From: Octopus sinensis
Taxonomy: Eukaryota
Direction: 5' to 3'
Length of the DNA: 64,000 bases
NCBI RefSeq assembly: GCF_006345805.1
Contig: NW_021832430.1
Coordinates: 186,001 to 250,000, forward strand
A program made the position numbers and the translations under genes. Below, piece after piece: positions 35,612 to 48,289 of this stretch. The notes beneath the pieces were generated by a model. The model did no database searches, was not told the DNA's origin, and saw only the letters and a list, made by a program, of their open reading frames with translations. Position 1 is the first letter of the stretch, and every line of letters begins with the position of its first letter.

Positions 35612-38524
35612 ATGAGCGCTCCAAATCTACTATCAGTTAACCTTCGAGGACTAAGTAATATCAGAAACCGAGACAGGTCGAGTTACAACAAATAGATTGC
35701 GTGGGACTGCAGTCGGGAGAAATAATAAGTGCCTTAGCCGCCTCAGGGAGGGTTGTACTTATCTGTGACGGACTAGTTCATTCTATTCGGAACAGATCGA
35801 GGATTTGTTCATTTTTACACATTCGACGGATATCCTCTCAAATCAACAAAAATAGTCAGTTCACTGAGTTATTTGTAGCATAATTACAAAATAAACTCAA
35901 TCTCCCTCAACGATAACGGAGAATTTGGCTTGTTTTGTTCGAATAACAAGGTTAACCCCGTTCACGAGGCAGATTTCCATTCTCGGGCTGATTAATTTTG
36001 ATGACCTTAACTTGATTTATTCAGCAGACTCTTCTACTTTGGTGAATTCGGGAGTTATTCCTGCCTTCTTTGATAACTCAATCAAATCACGTTTTCTTAT
36101 TGCTGCTGACAAAGTACTGTTTAATCAGCCAATTAGCTTACTCTCTACAAACAAAATATTTTTGGGAAATTCGTCGTTTCATTCGTCGTTTACAGCAGTC
36201 CTACGCCCGTGGAGTCTCTTGCTTTTTTTGACCCCTACGTGGCATGGAATACTACTTCGGTCTCTTGATCATATTCAATCTTTGATAGGAGGTGGGCGTC
36301 CACGACATTTCTTCAAAGACACGACTACTCAGAATTGACCTCAAGGACTCTCATTCGACGTTCGAATTATTTTGATATTTCAGTCATTTGTGCCATTTAT
36401 TTTGGGCTCCCCCAAATTCTTGGTTGTCTCCCTTAGCTCTGATTGTTGGGTGGGGCTCCAACGTCTGGGTTATGAGTTTGCTGACTATTTAGGTCTATTC
36501 TTTCGAAAAAAGGGGGACCTCACTCATGAATACTCAGACCTTTGTCCAAGGAGGTTTTTCTAGTGACTTAGGCCGCAGAAGTTAATTTTAAAATGGACAA
36601 CGTGACTCTCGGTGGTGTGAGCATTCACAAGGGGCAACTTATAATGCTCACTGACAATTCGGAGTACACGGAAGTGGCAGTCCGCCTTCTCCACTATGGC
36701 GATCCTGACAATAAAGTGGAGACCAAAGTCCTCTCCACCGAAAAAAAGAAAGACATTGCTTCTCGACTATTTCTAAGTCATTTTTATGGGTCAGTGCAGG
36801 GCGGTTGACTGATGATGAAATGCTTGTCATGAATTGTGCTCAATTATATCTCCTATCCAAAGAGAAGCTGTCCGACCTGCTCATTGACTTGCTTATGAAC
36901 GGCCAATTCGATGTTCAATTTTCGGTTTTTTATTACAAGGAATTTACACGTCAAATGGAAGGACAGCTCAGTCGGGCAATACTTGATGAAGTTGTGTCTT
37001 TTATGGAAACGAATGACGACCTTATGCGTGTTCCCGCCCTTGCCTCTTCTGTCGCCAAAAAGTATTCTTTATGAATTTGTCAGTTTTGTGAAATTGGGGA
37101 AGTACGAAATGGCTTTCAGCTATTTTATATTGTTAGTCGACATGCTTTTATCTGTTAGGGCGAAGGACACGTCAGTCCTAGAAATGAAGGTTCCTGACCA
37201 GTTCTATGTGCACAAAATATCTGTTTTACTCCACACATTCCCTTCCCAGGCATCCTCATTCTTTGTGAGGATTAATCAACGGAATCCTGTTTATACTTTA
37301 ATTGGATTGTTTAGGACTTGTTGAGTGCAGTTGCTTTGTGTCAGGCAATGGAGAAACAGTTGCCAAAGTCTGAGAGTCACATAATGCCCCTTTTGGCTGA
37401 TTTGTACTTTCATTACTTTAATAAAAAGATATTTGAAGCAGAAAAATGCGGGGAAGGCCTATTTTTATATGATTCGGTTAGTCTACCTTGAGTATGTGGT
37501 AGATGCAACTCTGAGACCATCTTCTCTCTCATCGAGTCGAACAAACTGTTTGAATTGGCCACTAATGATGTTTACGCTCTATTCGAAATAAATCCACACA
37601 AGTCTGCCAATTTTTTGGTAAAAAATATAATGCACTTCCCCGAATCGTCCGTACTCCGCCAGCTCGAGGGAAATGATTTATTTATGCTCACAGTTTGCAG
37701 ATTCATGTATATCGTAGTATTTGAGGACTTTGATGAGTGAGAGTGGGAAAGGCTACGAGCATCATACCTCGTTGCTCATTTCTCTGTTCATCAAACACGA
37801 TGGAGATGGATTGACGTCTTTTTTGGGGTCTAAGGCGGTCTACGATATTGACTGTGCTCTCAAAATGTGCGAATCACATGGGTTATACTCAAATTCGGCC
37901 TTCCTATATGGTGTTCTCTTGATGGTTAAAACTAGCCCGCATTGGGAACACTAAGAAGGCACTGACTCTGATGCAGTCAATAGAACTGGCAATTGAGTTC
38001 TGCAATAAATGGAACGATCCAGATTTGTGGAGGAGTCTCCTTGAAATGTCCTTGGGAAGAGAAGGTGTCCCTTAAATCTCAAATGCCAGATTTCATTAAG
38101 GGACTACTTCAGTACTCCAGTCTTCACAAAGTTGATTATATTGAACTTATCGAACGTCTTCCTTCAACACTCCGACTCGGTCCCATCTCTCATTCCCTTT
38201 CTGTTTTGCTGCAGGAGCGGAGCATTCAATTGTCCATTGTGCGTAGTTGTCTGCAGATATTTTCATCCGATTACATCACATACGCCAAACAACTTATTTA
38301 CAGGCAGACGAGGGCTATTTCCATATTGGACGACAATAAGTGTTCTCTCGTTAGTTGCTACTTACCACGTTTGTTTATTTTGTTACTTGAAAGTGCTCGA
38401 GTCACAGTCATCCATTATAGTGCTCATGTGCGGACATTCATTTCACACTCGTTGTTACGACTCACAGGTTGCGACAGTGCTTAAAATGTAGGCTGGCTGC
38501 AGTGTTTGTTCTTGGAGTTATTAA
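35612..38524 (+). CDS. VPS41: HOPS subunit Vps41 (WD40 propeller, CHCR repeat, C-terminal RING-H2), many ~22-29 nt introns
   Basis: Splicing gives SALAASGR|FILFGTDRGFVHFYTFDG, HNYKINSISLNDNGEF..CS, YLRTL..YEHH..LISLF, ARIGNTKKAL..AIEFC..NDPDLW..DFIKGLL, and RING C-x4-C..CGHSFHTRC..CSVC. Not every middle intron or the start codon was verified. Confidence 0.85.
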
Positions 38525-39049
38525 TTTTTTATTAAAATTACATATTTATTATTTTGAATTGTTAGCAGTAGTAAAGATTTTCATTGTAACATGAACGAGT
38601 TATCCTTGCTATTCTATAGCCGTTATGCGAACTGAGTAATTTAGTCTTATGAAAATCAAAGTCGCATTATTTGATCTTCGAGGATTGATTAGATTATTAG
38701 GATTATGAGTGAAAGCTGCAATAGGTCAATCTATTTTTTTAATATTCTGAAAAGGGAAATTCTTGGTTTATCGATATCTAGTCGGGCATTCTCTTGTAAT
38801 CGGTAGTTAACAAAATCTCTGTTAGTCATTCCTCGAAATGATTTTTTCAGTAAGATTAACCCACGAAATGATAGTTTTTATGATTATTGACTATTCTAAA
38901 CCAGTTATCGGATTACGTTGAATTTTTTCCTGAACTTAATATAATAGTGAAAATATTTTCAAAAGATTAAATGTCGGCCCCAATTTAACTTATTTTTTAG
39001 TGAAAGCTGTAGAAGACTATCTCTTAATTTTAAGCATAAAAACGAAATA

Positions 39050-40582
39050 ATTGAATATTATAACAAGAATAAACATAAAACCCATAAGGAAATTGCTGAT
39101 CACTTTTCAAAAATATGGAGACTATCTGTCAAAAGAAGGACTGTTTGTGAAATACTACAACACAAAGCAAAATTAGAAAACTTGATAATTATAACTTAAA
39201 AGCTAAGCGCACTAAATCTGCGAAGCATTTGGATTTGGAGGAAGCTTTTTGGATTTGCTTTGTAAACAAAAGGTCTCAAAATATTGTTTTGAATGATGAA
39301 ATATTACGGAAACAAGTGAAAAAATTGGAAACGATTTAGGAATTATGGATTTCAAATATTCAAATGGATGGATGCATCGGTTTAAGCGAAGACATAATAT
39401 TGAAATCCATTTATTGTCAGGAGAAAGTTCAAGCGTGGATCCTGAAACAGTTTATGATGGGATTGAAAAATCAAAAGAAATTTGTGCCAAATATAATGGA
39501 AATGATATCTTCAATATGGATGAGACTGGTCTTTACTATAAAATTATTCCTTCGAAATCATTAACAAATCCTGATAAAACTAAAACTAATTTTAATAAAT
39601 CAACTATATTTTGAAGGTGTTAAACAAATATAAAGAAAGAATTGCAATTGTTTTATGTTGTAATTCAGCAAAAAACTCCGTCCACTTGTGATTGGAAATC
39701 TAATAATCCGCGTTGTTTCAAAGGCTTCAATTATCATTTATATTCGGATTACAGATTTAATACTAAATCATGGATAGCATCAATGACATTTCAAGATTGG
39801 ATAAAGGGGTTGGATAATCAAATGAAATGCTGTGGGCGAAAAATACTTATAATTATGGACAACTGTTCATGCCACATTATTCCGACGTTATCGAATATTG
39901 AAGTGCACTTTTTGCCTCCAACAACAACAAGTCACTTACAACCATTGGATTCCGAAATATTGAAACAAGTAACAATTGGCAAATTGGGTTGGATGATGCA
40001 ATACTTTTTGTTGGAAAATAATGGGACAGAATAAAAGAAGAAACAATTAAAAACTGCTGGAGGCAAACCAAGATTTGTCATGTCGAAACTTATAACACTG
40101 AAAATTCAAGAAAATAAATTGTTGATCAAAATCTATTGAATCAACTGAGTTCAACATTTAATATTAATGATGAGATGGATGTCAATGCATATGTTTCGGT
40201 GGACAGTAATGCTAAAACATACTGTCATATTGAAGAAGACCAAATATTGTCTACATTTCGAAGAATCAATGACAGTGACGATGGAGACATAAAAGAAGAC
40301 TTTACTGAAAAAAGACCTTCTAAAAATGAAATGGCTAATGCGTTCGAAGTTATAGTTTACTCAAGGGATGTCGGAAAAAAGCTTACAATATTTAAACATA
40401 TTAAAAGGGAATATCGGGATTTTCTAAAAAATAGTTATAGACAGTCAACAATTATGGAGTTTTTTAATGAATATTAAATATTTTGTGTTTAATTAATTTT
40501 AGCGGGGTCTCGTTATAATGCCACTCACTTATTGCCATGAAATATTTGGTTTTTTTCGTGGCAATATAGAGAGGTTTAAGTG
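39050..40582 (+). mobile_element. Degraded Tigger/pogo (CENP-B-like HTH + DDE_1) element
   Basis: FKYSNGWMHRFKRRHNI, IFNMDETGLY, ILIIMDNCSCH, LPPTTTSHLQPLD. A right-end TIR-like gcaatatagagaggtttaagtg is followed by TA. The left TIR was not found. Confidence 0.88.
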
Positions 40583-40619
40583 TATATACAACTATTTAGT
40601 TTTTAGAGAATAGAAAAAG

Positions 40620-40745
40620 TAAGTAACTCAAAGAATAGTCGAAAGCCTGAGGGTCAGCTTTTCGACGCCGTACTGCGTATTGAATGACAGTTTCCGCGGA
40701 GCACAGCGACCGAGATTCGCTGAGAGAGCCAGCTCGTCTCCCTCG
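40620..40745 (-). mobile_element. CRE-like 3' terminal fragment (related piece at 13270-13340, +)
   Basis: PRETSWLSQRISVAVLRGNCHSI*. Confidence 0.7.
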
Positions 40746-41289
40746 GTGAAATATATTCAAGTTAAAAGGAATTGTATAATTAATTACAAACCAAAAACAT
40801 TGGAATTAACCGGATTTGATTAGCGTGGTTCATCATTCTACTTATGTTAATAAGAATCGTCATCTTTGATCGGATTCCTACGTTGAATTTTGATTCACTG
40901 AATTCATTGCCTCAAATAATGAAATAAAGGCAAAATGCATGGTTTGCCGTAGAATTTTGGAAACAATTCACTGAAACTTCTCAACTTAGGGGCCACAAAG
41001 AGTCTGTACACTCAGAAAATTGTTGCTCACGTGAATATTTTAAAGTCAAAAGAACGAAATTTGATTCACAGCCGAAGCTTGAATTTTATTTATTTAAACA
41101 CCGAGACCACGGTAGAAACCGGACAAATAATCACGTGATCTTCGCTCGGTGAATTTCCCACAAGCCCACATAAGATCGCATCGGGTGGCTGATCGGTTTT
41201 GCCGCACATTGGCCGGCAATCTAGAGTTCTGCTTAAGCAGATGCTCCAGAGGAGCGTTTGTTATCATAATGAACGTGAATGGTTTAATA

Positions 41290-41700
41290 AATTTTGAAAT
41301 ATCTCGTATTTTATTTGGTCATTCTGTTACCAAGCTTAAGGACATACCATTATCGAACGATTCAATTTTCCTTAGAATTTCATAGTTGTCATGTGAAATA
41401 ATACATAGCATGTGATATCCTGTGGCAATTAATTAAAAGAATTAAGTCTGTCAGCTTCGTTCCTATCTTTGATCATGTGATATTATTGATGGGTTTTTAT
41501 TTTGTTTGGAGATGGATGGACACGTTCGTGAAAAGGACACTTCTAATATTTTTGACAATTTTATGAAGACGAATAAAATCCAATAGGATAAAATTTGATC
41601 TACTGATGGTGCACCTGCGATGATTGGTCATCAATTTGGATTTGTTACTTGCATCCTGATATTTTTAAAAAACATAGTGCATTGCACAAATAAAGTAAAT
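41290..41700 (+). mobile_element. hAT Buster-type transposase fragment
   Basis: LSNDSI..RI and TDGAPAMIG..HC remnants. Confidence 0.55.
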
Positions 41701-41889
41701 CAAGAATGTGGGAAGTTTACCAAAATATTAGATTTGTTACATTACTCGTTCCATAAGTAAGTATGATCATCCAGATTCACTAAGATTGTTTAAAATTTGT
41801 TTTCCCTGAAAATATTTTTGCTTAAAAATTATATGAGCAAAAGATCATTCATAATCCTGGTTTGCATAAATTTAAAATTATCTAAAAAT

Positions 41890-42100
41890 GGAGATTCCTG
41901 AAACACAATTAGAATATAACTTACTAATCCGACCCAGAAAAACCCTACCGGTTGTTCTGCAAGACGACTTGAGGCTTTTAAAGAAAACCCTGAAGACTTG
42001 TGATGATCTCGACGAACTTCGAATACTGCCCCAAAACCGCGGAAGCTGGAAATCGTTGCTACAGAAGGTCGTGTCGTGTGTGGCACGTGTAGGAATATAA
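41890..42100 (+). mobile_element. RTE-like 3' end fragment
   Basis: RPRKTLPVVLQDDL..DDLDELR..NRGSW, homologous to 22850-22940. Confidence 0.65.
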
Positions 42101-42109
42101 CTCTTTTCT

Positions 42110-42530
42110 GTCTATATCCCTACGGAATGTGCTAAAATAATAATTTACTGGCCAAGAGGCTAACACGATCGAGAAAAAGTTCGAGCGTACTATCGCGAGG
42201 GATATCCGCTCAAAAAAACCATCTCGTTTCGCGGGCGTCGCCTGTGAGTGTCGACATTTGAGACCTGATCTCCTCAACGAAACTGATTGCCTTTCCGCCC
42301 AAAAAACCAACGTCTCAACTGCGAATGGAAGGAATTGGTACTTTTCCACACGTGAAGAGTACTTTCGCAGGTAAGTGGTTTCCCTCTATTGAAGGAAAAC
42401 ACAGTAATTTAGTCCGGTCTTTTCTCTTCCCCCAGATCGATCTCAGTTGGATCAAGTATGGAGGGGATTCCGGCGACTTCTAAGGCTCTTCTGATGAGAT
42501 CATTTAGAGCAGCGTGCCGCGATATTACAT
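42110..42530 (-). mobile_element. CRE-like RLE 3' fragment
   Basis: [38 protein letters not shown]. Confidence 0.75.
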
Positions 42531-43023
42531 TATCTCAGTAAATTGATGAATGTTCACTTAAATTATATAAAGTAACTTTAATTGATCAAAAAGTCACAAG
42601 TTTCCTCCGGAAAGTCAGGAGAGTTTCTATCAAATTTCAAAGTCAAAAAAGATGTGGGAAACTTTCGAAGTGAATTAGAAAAAGCAAACTTTTTTGTGAG
42701 GAAGGCCAAAAATAAGAAATTCGGCCAGTTGCAATGATTCTAAAAAATGTCCCAACTTGGATCGACTTTGTCGACTCCAGGAGCTTGATCAATGACGGGT
42801 CGAAATCGAGCTGAGTTAATCAGTGAGCCCGAAAGTTCTATTAAGAATGTGACCAGAACTAAAAAATGCCAAATATGTACTTGATTTGGTGGCTCTTCTA
42901 AAAGATGGAAACAACCACCAAATAAATCAAATGTAGCCAGGATTACTTTGGTTAATGCCTGCTCTCTCCTAAAAGCGGTCAGCAGAGCCGAGAGCTCTTA
43001 TCCGCAAAGTTCAGAGGGATGTA

Positions 43024-46000
43024 CAGTGGGTCAAATTAGTCTTGGGACACTTGTTTATTTTTAATAAAATTTTATTTTCGTTAACATAGCTGTTTTTATT
43101 TAATTTTTTCCAATAGTATAATAGTGCTCCTAGTTTTCTTTACATCCTAGATCATAAAAAAATTACAAAATTCGTTTTATTTATAGAAAAATTTCACATT
43201 TATTTCCAACAGATAGAATATCATGTTCCAATTAGTCTTGGGACAGTTAGTTATTTATTTACTTTTTGAAAAAATAATTGAATTGATCTACATATCGATC
43301 AACGAAATTATACTAATTCCGGATTAATTCCTATATTTAAATGATTATTAGCATTATTTGCGATTAATATTTTGTACATGCTTAAGCGAAAGGACATTCA
43401 GAAGAAATAAAAAAACTTATACTTCTTGAATATAATGCAGGAAACTCAATCCGAAAAATTTCCGAAAGTGTTCATATTCCGAAGAGTACAGTATGGAACA
43501 TTATCAATAAATGAAAATTATTTAAAACTACCAAAAATAAGCCAAGATCAGGACAACCAAAAAATATCATCTCGATCAATTTCCATAATTAGACGAAAAG
43601 TGCTTGATAATCCGAGATTATCTTGTAAACAACTCTCTACTTACTTGGGTGAGATAGGAACACCAGTATGCTCACAGACTGTTACAAATGCCCTAAGAAA
43701 AGAAGGGTTCCATAAATGTCGTCCACGTAAAGTTCCGCTGCTTACTAAGAAACACGTCCATGCACGGCTAAAATATGCCAAAAAAATTTTACTTAAAGAC
43801 GACGACTTTCTAAATAATATTATTTGGTCGGATGAAACAAAGATAGAAATTTTTGGACACAATTATACAAGCTACGTGTGGCGTAAATCGAAGGATGAAT
43901 ATCGTCCAAAAAATACCATACCAACAGTTAAACATGGAGGTGGCAGTATTATGCTATGGGGGTGTTTTTCTTCTTGGGGCGTTGGAGAACTTCATGTAAT
44001 TGACGGAATATTGAATGCTTCTAAATACTGTGATATTTTGGAAAAAAATCCATTTTCGTCAATTGAGAAATGTGGTATTGCAGAAAATTGGACATTTCAA
44101 CAAGACAATGATCCAAAGCACAGCGCAAAAAAAACTCAAAAATGGCTAGAACATTTGATTGATACCCTTGAATGGCCAAGTCAGTCCCCAGATCTTAATC
44201 CGATTGAAAACCTTTGGAAGGAATTAAAAGCCAAAGTATGGGCGCATAATCCAAAAAATATTGCGGAATTAAAATCATTTTGTTTTGAAGAATGGAATAA
44301 AATTCCTGTTGAAACTTGTAAAAAGCTTATTAACAATTATAAAAATCGCTTAAATGCAGTTTTGGAGAATAACGGATACTTTACAAAGTATTAAGTAATT
44401 TGTCCCAAGACTAATTAGTAGGGCAATTTTTTTCAGGCACTTAAAATTTATTTTTAGGACCTTAAAAATAGGCATTTTAGGACTTTATTTTTAATTTTTA
44501 GGACTTTATTCTACATTTTTAGGCACATTTTAATAAGGTATTAAATCAAAAAGTCGTAAAAATTATTTGTTATAGTAAGGTATTAAATAATTTTTGACAT
44601 TTTCCGCATTGAAACCTCTATCTTTAGTAATTAATTTTTTAAGCATAGAAAATGCTCTTTCAACGGTTGATGATGTACACTGACATTTTCTTATTAGTCC
44701 ATATTCTTCAGGGGAGATATTACTTTTCTCCATTTCTATAATTGATTCTATGTCATTTTTGTGTAATCTTTTTTGTATGTATTCATTTATTTCTGCATTA
44801 TCAGACGGAAATTTTAACAAACAAAGATCTGAATGTGCATCATTTATTGTATAACTTGTGGATTCCATTTTTTTCAATATTTGATTAAGTATCTGATAAT
44901 TTTCATTTATTTCCATTAGACTTTTTCTTAAGGTTGGCGATTCAATTATGTAACAAATGTGCAACACATGTTACATGGAACATCCTAGGATAAAGCATTT
45001 TCAATGTTTTTCCGGCTAAAAATAATTCAACAAACTACCCAAAATCATATACGGGGCTGCATCAGAAAGAAAAAGAAGAAAATTATTGCGTATAATCTCG
45101 AATTTTTTAATCTCTTCATCGATAATCTGAAGAATTGTGTTAGCAGTTACAGATTCATATAAAGGTTCACACGAATTAATAGGTCTTCTCTGGATAGCGA
45201 TATTCCCAATGAGAACAACTACAAACTTCTGTCCATTTACGTCACCCTCGTCAACAACCATAAAAATCTTTTGAGATCTAAAAATTAATCATTTGTTAAC
45301 CTTAGATCACTTTTATACTTGGATAATTTTTGTTCACTGATTGCAGGAATACAATTGCGACAGGCTGACTGGGAAGGAAGCGAAATATTCAATTTTTCAA
45401 ACAATCCCTTTAAGCTTGGATTATTGAGCTTATGAAGAGGAATGTTTGCTTCAGAAAAGGCTTTGGCAACTTCCATCGGCATACTCTGAAAGTCTTCCGT
45501 TTCGGTTTGACCGTTGAATAGGGAATCTAAGGATTGTTGGAATCCTTCATTGTTATCTAAAAAAATAATTTTAAATTACTCAAAAGCTTTAGATGTTTTG
45601 TAGATTGTCTATGCTGATCAATATAATATTTTTTTGATGCATTGACGTAGATCATACATATTTTACAATATAGACTGCCTTTAATCACTGTGAATTCTTT
45701 TACGTAAGTTTCATAGGCTTTTAGAGCTTTAGACTTTATTGTAGAACGTACACGTGGCATTTGAACACAAAAAAGTAATTTATAGCGTGCCTAATTTGTT
45801 ATTTTTAAAATATTTTTTTGTAACATTTAAAAATAATTTATTTTAAAAATTTTTAAGACCTTAAAAAAATTTTTAGGACCTTAAAAAAATTTTTTAGGAC
45901 CTTAACATTTTTTAAGCATTTAAGGCATTTATAACTCGTTGTAGATAAATCTATTTTAATTAAATTATAGCTTAAATTAATTATTTAAATAAATAGACCT

Positions 46001-46250
46001 TTTGGTGCAAAAGGCATTTTAGGCAAAAAATTGCCCTACTAATTAGCATTTGATTTTGTGACTGTTTGTTTAAAATGTCAAAATTTTTTCAAATAAAATT
46101 TTCCTTGGATTATTTTTAAATGTTTTATTATGTAAAAAACTTTGCTTAATTTTTTAGCCTTTGGAAAAAATGAGATAAAAACAGGTATGTTTAAGAAAAG
46201 AAAATTTTATTAAAAATATACAAGTGTCCCAAGACTAATTTGACCCACTG
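43024..46250 (+). mobile_element. Young Tc1 element (transposase 43378-44394) with a nested hAT
   Basis: Near-perfect TIRs cagtgggtcaaattagtcttgggacacttgt, TA TSD, inner DRs at ~43229 and ~44401. The ORF has one nonsense codon (~43513) and one frameshift. DDE motifs WSDETK, QQDNDPKH and SPDLNPIE. Confidence 0.95.
44419..46038 (-). mobile_element. hAT-type element (CGGBP1-like transposase), internally deleted, three 23-nt introns
   Basis: TIRs TAGGGCAATTTTTT, 8-bp TSD CTAATTAG (44411-44418 and 46039-46046), subterminal tttaggac repeats. The spliced frame reads C2H2 finger, FSEANIPLHKL, IFMVVDE, SDAAPYMILAGKTLKMLYPRMFHVTCVAH, SSTVERAFS. Confidence 0.92.
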
Positions 46251-46339
46251 TATATATCATTGACAAGACGAAAACGAAGAATTCTGGAAGTATCAGTATT
46301 CCCAGCTCAATTAATATCTTTTGTTATCCTGGTGCTAAC

Positions 46340-46960
46340 GCTGGCACATCAATATTTTAAAAAAGTCTATTGATATTCACTATCAATATTCCGACGAAGT
46401 CCGCCACGTCCCTCTTCACCTCAGACAAAAGATTGGGAAGGACGTCAGTCGACTTAAAGCTGAATAATATGTCCGTACCCTTCTATAGGAGTCAGACGGT
46501 CGTAGGGGTAACCCTCGACATGCACCTCTGTTTCTCCCCACATGCAGACAACCTCCTTCGCAAATGCGAACAAAAATTGAACATACTACGAACTCTATCC
46601 GGAATATGGAAAAACGGGTCGCACCCGGTACTGGCAAATATCTACCGCCAGTACTTCGAACCTTGTATTGCCTACGCTTGCTGATCATGGGGTCCGCGGC
46701 TATCGTGGTCCAACAGGAGGCGAATCGAGGAGGCCCAACAAAGGGCCCTCAGATTAACCAGCTTCTCTGGAAGACCTCATCAAGCTGAACCTGGGCCCGT
46801 CAGCGAATGCTCCGCCAAAAACGGCCTGCCGCCCAGTGCAATCTTGTGTGGGCTCGTGGAAAGATCACCGAGCGAGGATGAGATCCCTGGTTGAGTGCAT
46901 CGGGATCACGTGACGTTTGTTCAGTTTTTAGTGTGGTCTTGGTGATTTAATAAATAAATC
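46340..46960 (+). mobile_element. 5'-truncated APE-type LINE 3' end with 3' UTR
   Basis: KSATSLF..VGVTLDMHLCFSPH..KLNILRTL..IYRQYFEPCIAYAC, with a 3' tail shared with 1-70. Confidence 0.8.
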
Positions 46961-47479
46961 AAAGAATAATTAACCAGAATGTAGTGAATTAGCATGTATT
47001 GATTGAAAAACTTTATTGGATGGATAACCGTTGGAGGTATATACTCCAAAGGATTAAAGGAATATTCGTCGACTGTTAAAATTTTTATAGAAGGAAATGG
47101 AAAATCCAATTCTTGTTAAATAAAAAGCATACTCCATATGAGTGCGTGAAGTCAAATCAGGATAAATTGTTTATTTGAGATTAAATTTTTTTTAATTTTA
47201 ACGTTTGAAGAACTTAGTGGTGATCAATTAGAATTTTTACTGTTGCAAATGCCTTATGTGTTACCGGCCTTATGTTGAAAATGATGTGGGGAGTGATCAT
47301 CTTTCACAAAGAATGAAATTGCGAATGGGAACAGTATTTCTTGGTTATAATATCAGCAACATTGATTGGAATCATTTCAATTTTTATATGTTTATGAAAT
47401 TGACAAATATTCAAAAATTGGAAATACTAAATCTTGATGAGCTCAATTATTTGGATGAAAGAATGAGAAATATTATGTG

Positions 47480-47700
47480 ACATGAAAGTTAAATTGTGAA
47501 GTAGTCATTCAAAATTGTGAAGTATGTAAATTTGCCTGTCCATTGAAAGTTTCAATCCTTTTTAATTTTTAATGTAGGGTGGTGATATGAATCATCATAT
47601 TTTTGCTTCTTCTCCGAATGAAAGGTTTCTGCTAGATCTTGTAAATCTAAAAAAGTTTTCACTCTTAAATAATAATTACAAATGGATTTTGGATAAAGTT
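47480..47700 (+). mobile_element. Ginger-like integrase fragment
   Basis: VIQNCEVCK..PLK and HIFASSPNERFLLDLVNLKK, homologous to 128-600. Confidence 0.55.
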
Positions 47701-48289
47701 TAGATAAAAAATTATAGATAGGTTCGAGTTAAAAAAGATTATGGAACAAACCCTTTGTTGCGGTTGGATAAATTCGAGTCTCCATTCTATCCGGCCGCTG
47801 AAATAATTAACATTTTATCAAATAATCGAGTCGAGATAAATCAATCATTTTTATTTAATAGATAAAATATGCTAAAGGAGAGATATCGACGGTACCAATG
47901 GCAAGACTAAAGAATTATTAATTTTAATATTTTTCCGATCTCACATTAAGTTATGATACCAGCAGCTTGCAGAAACAACAGCACCCTCCCAGGCTGCTCC
48001 CATAGGACCTCCGGGAAGTGAATGTGGGTCACCTTCTCGCGGTGGCAGATGCTAGTTTTATACTACGAAAAGACCCACAACTACTCCCCTGTCGGATCGG
48101 ATCGATTCCGCGACGTTGGTGGCAGCAGAGCAGGCGCGAAGCCGTTGCTCCCAAAGGTCTGGACAGTACCGATGGAAAGACTGAAAAAATAATTAATTTT
48201 AATCTTTTTTGTTAAAATACATAGGAGTTTTTTTCTTGGGAAGATAATCGTTTTTACGGGTCGGAAACCAATTTTCGAAGAGAATTTTG

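Noticed and set aside
35612-35690. LLSVNLRGLS resembling an APE endonuclease N-terminus
   Set aside because: Better explained as a 29-nt first intron of VPS41. No further endonuclease motifs follow.
44100-44215. Apparent D33E rather than D34E spacing in the Tc1 transposase
   Set aside because: Most simply a one-codon deletion in a copy that already carries a nonsense codon and a frameshift.
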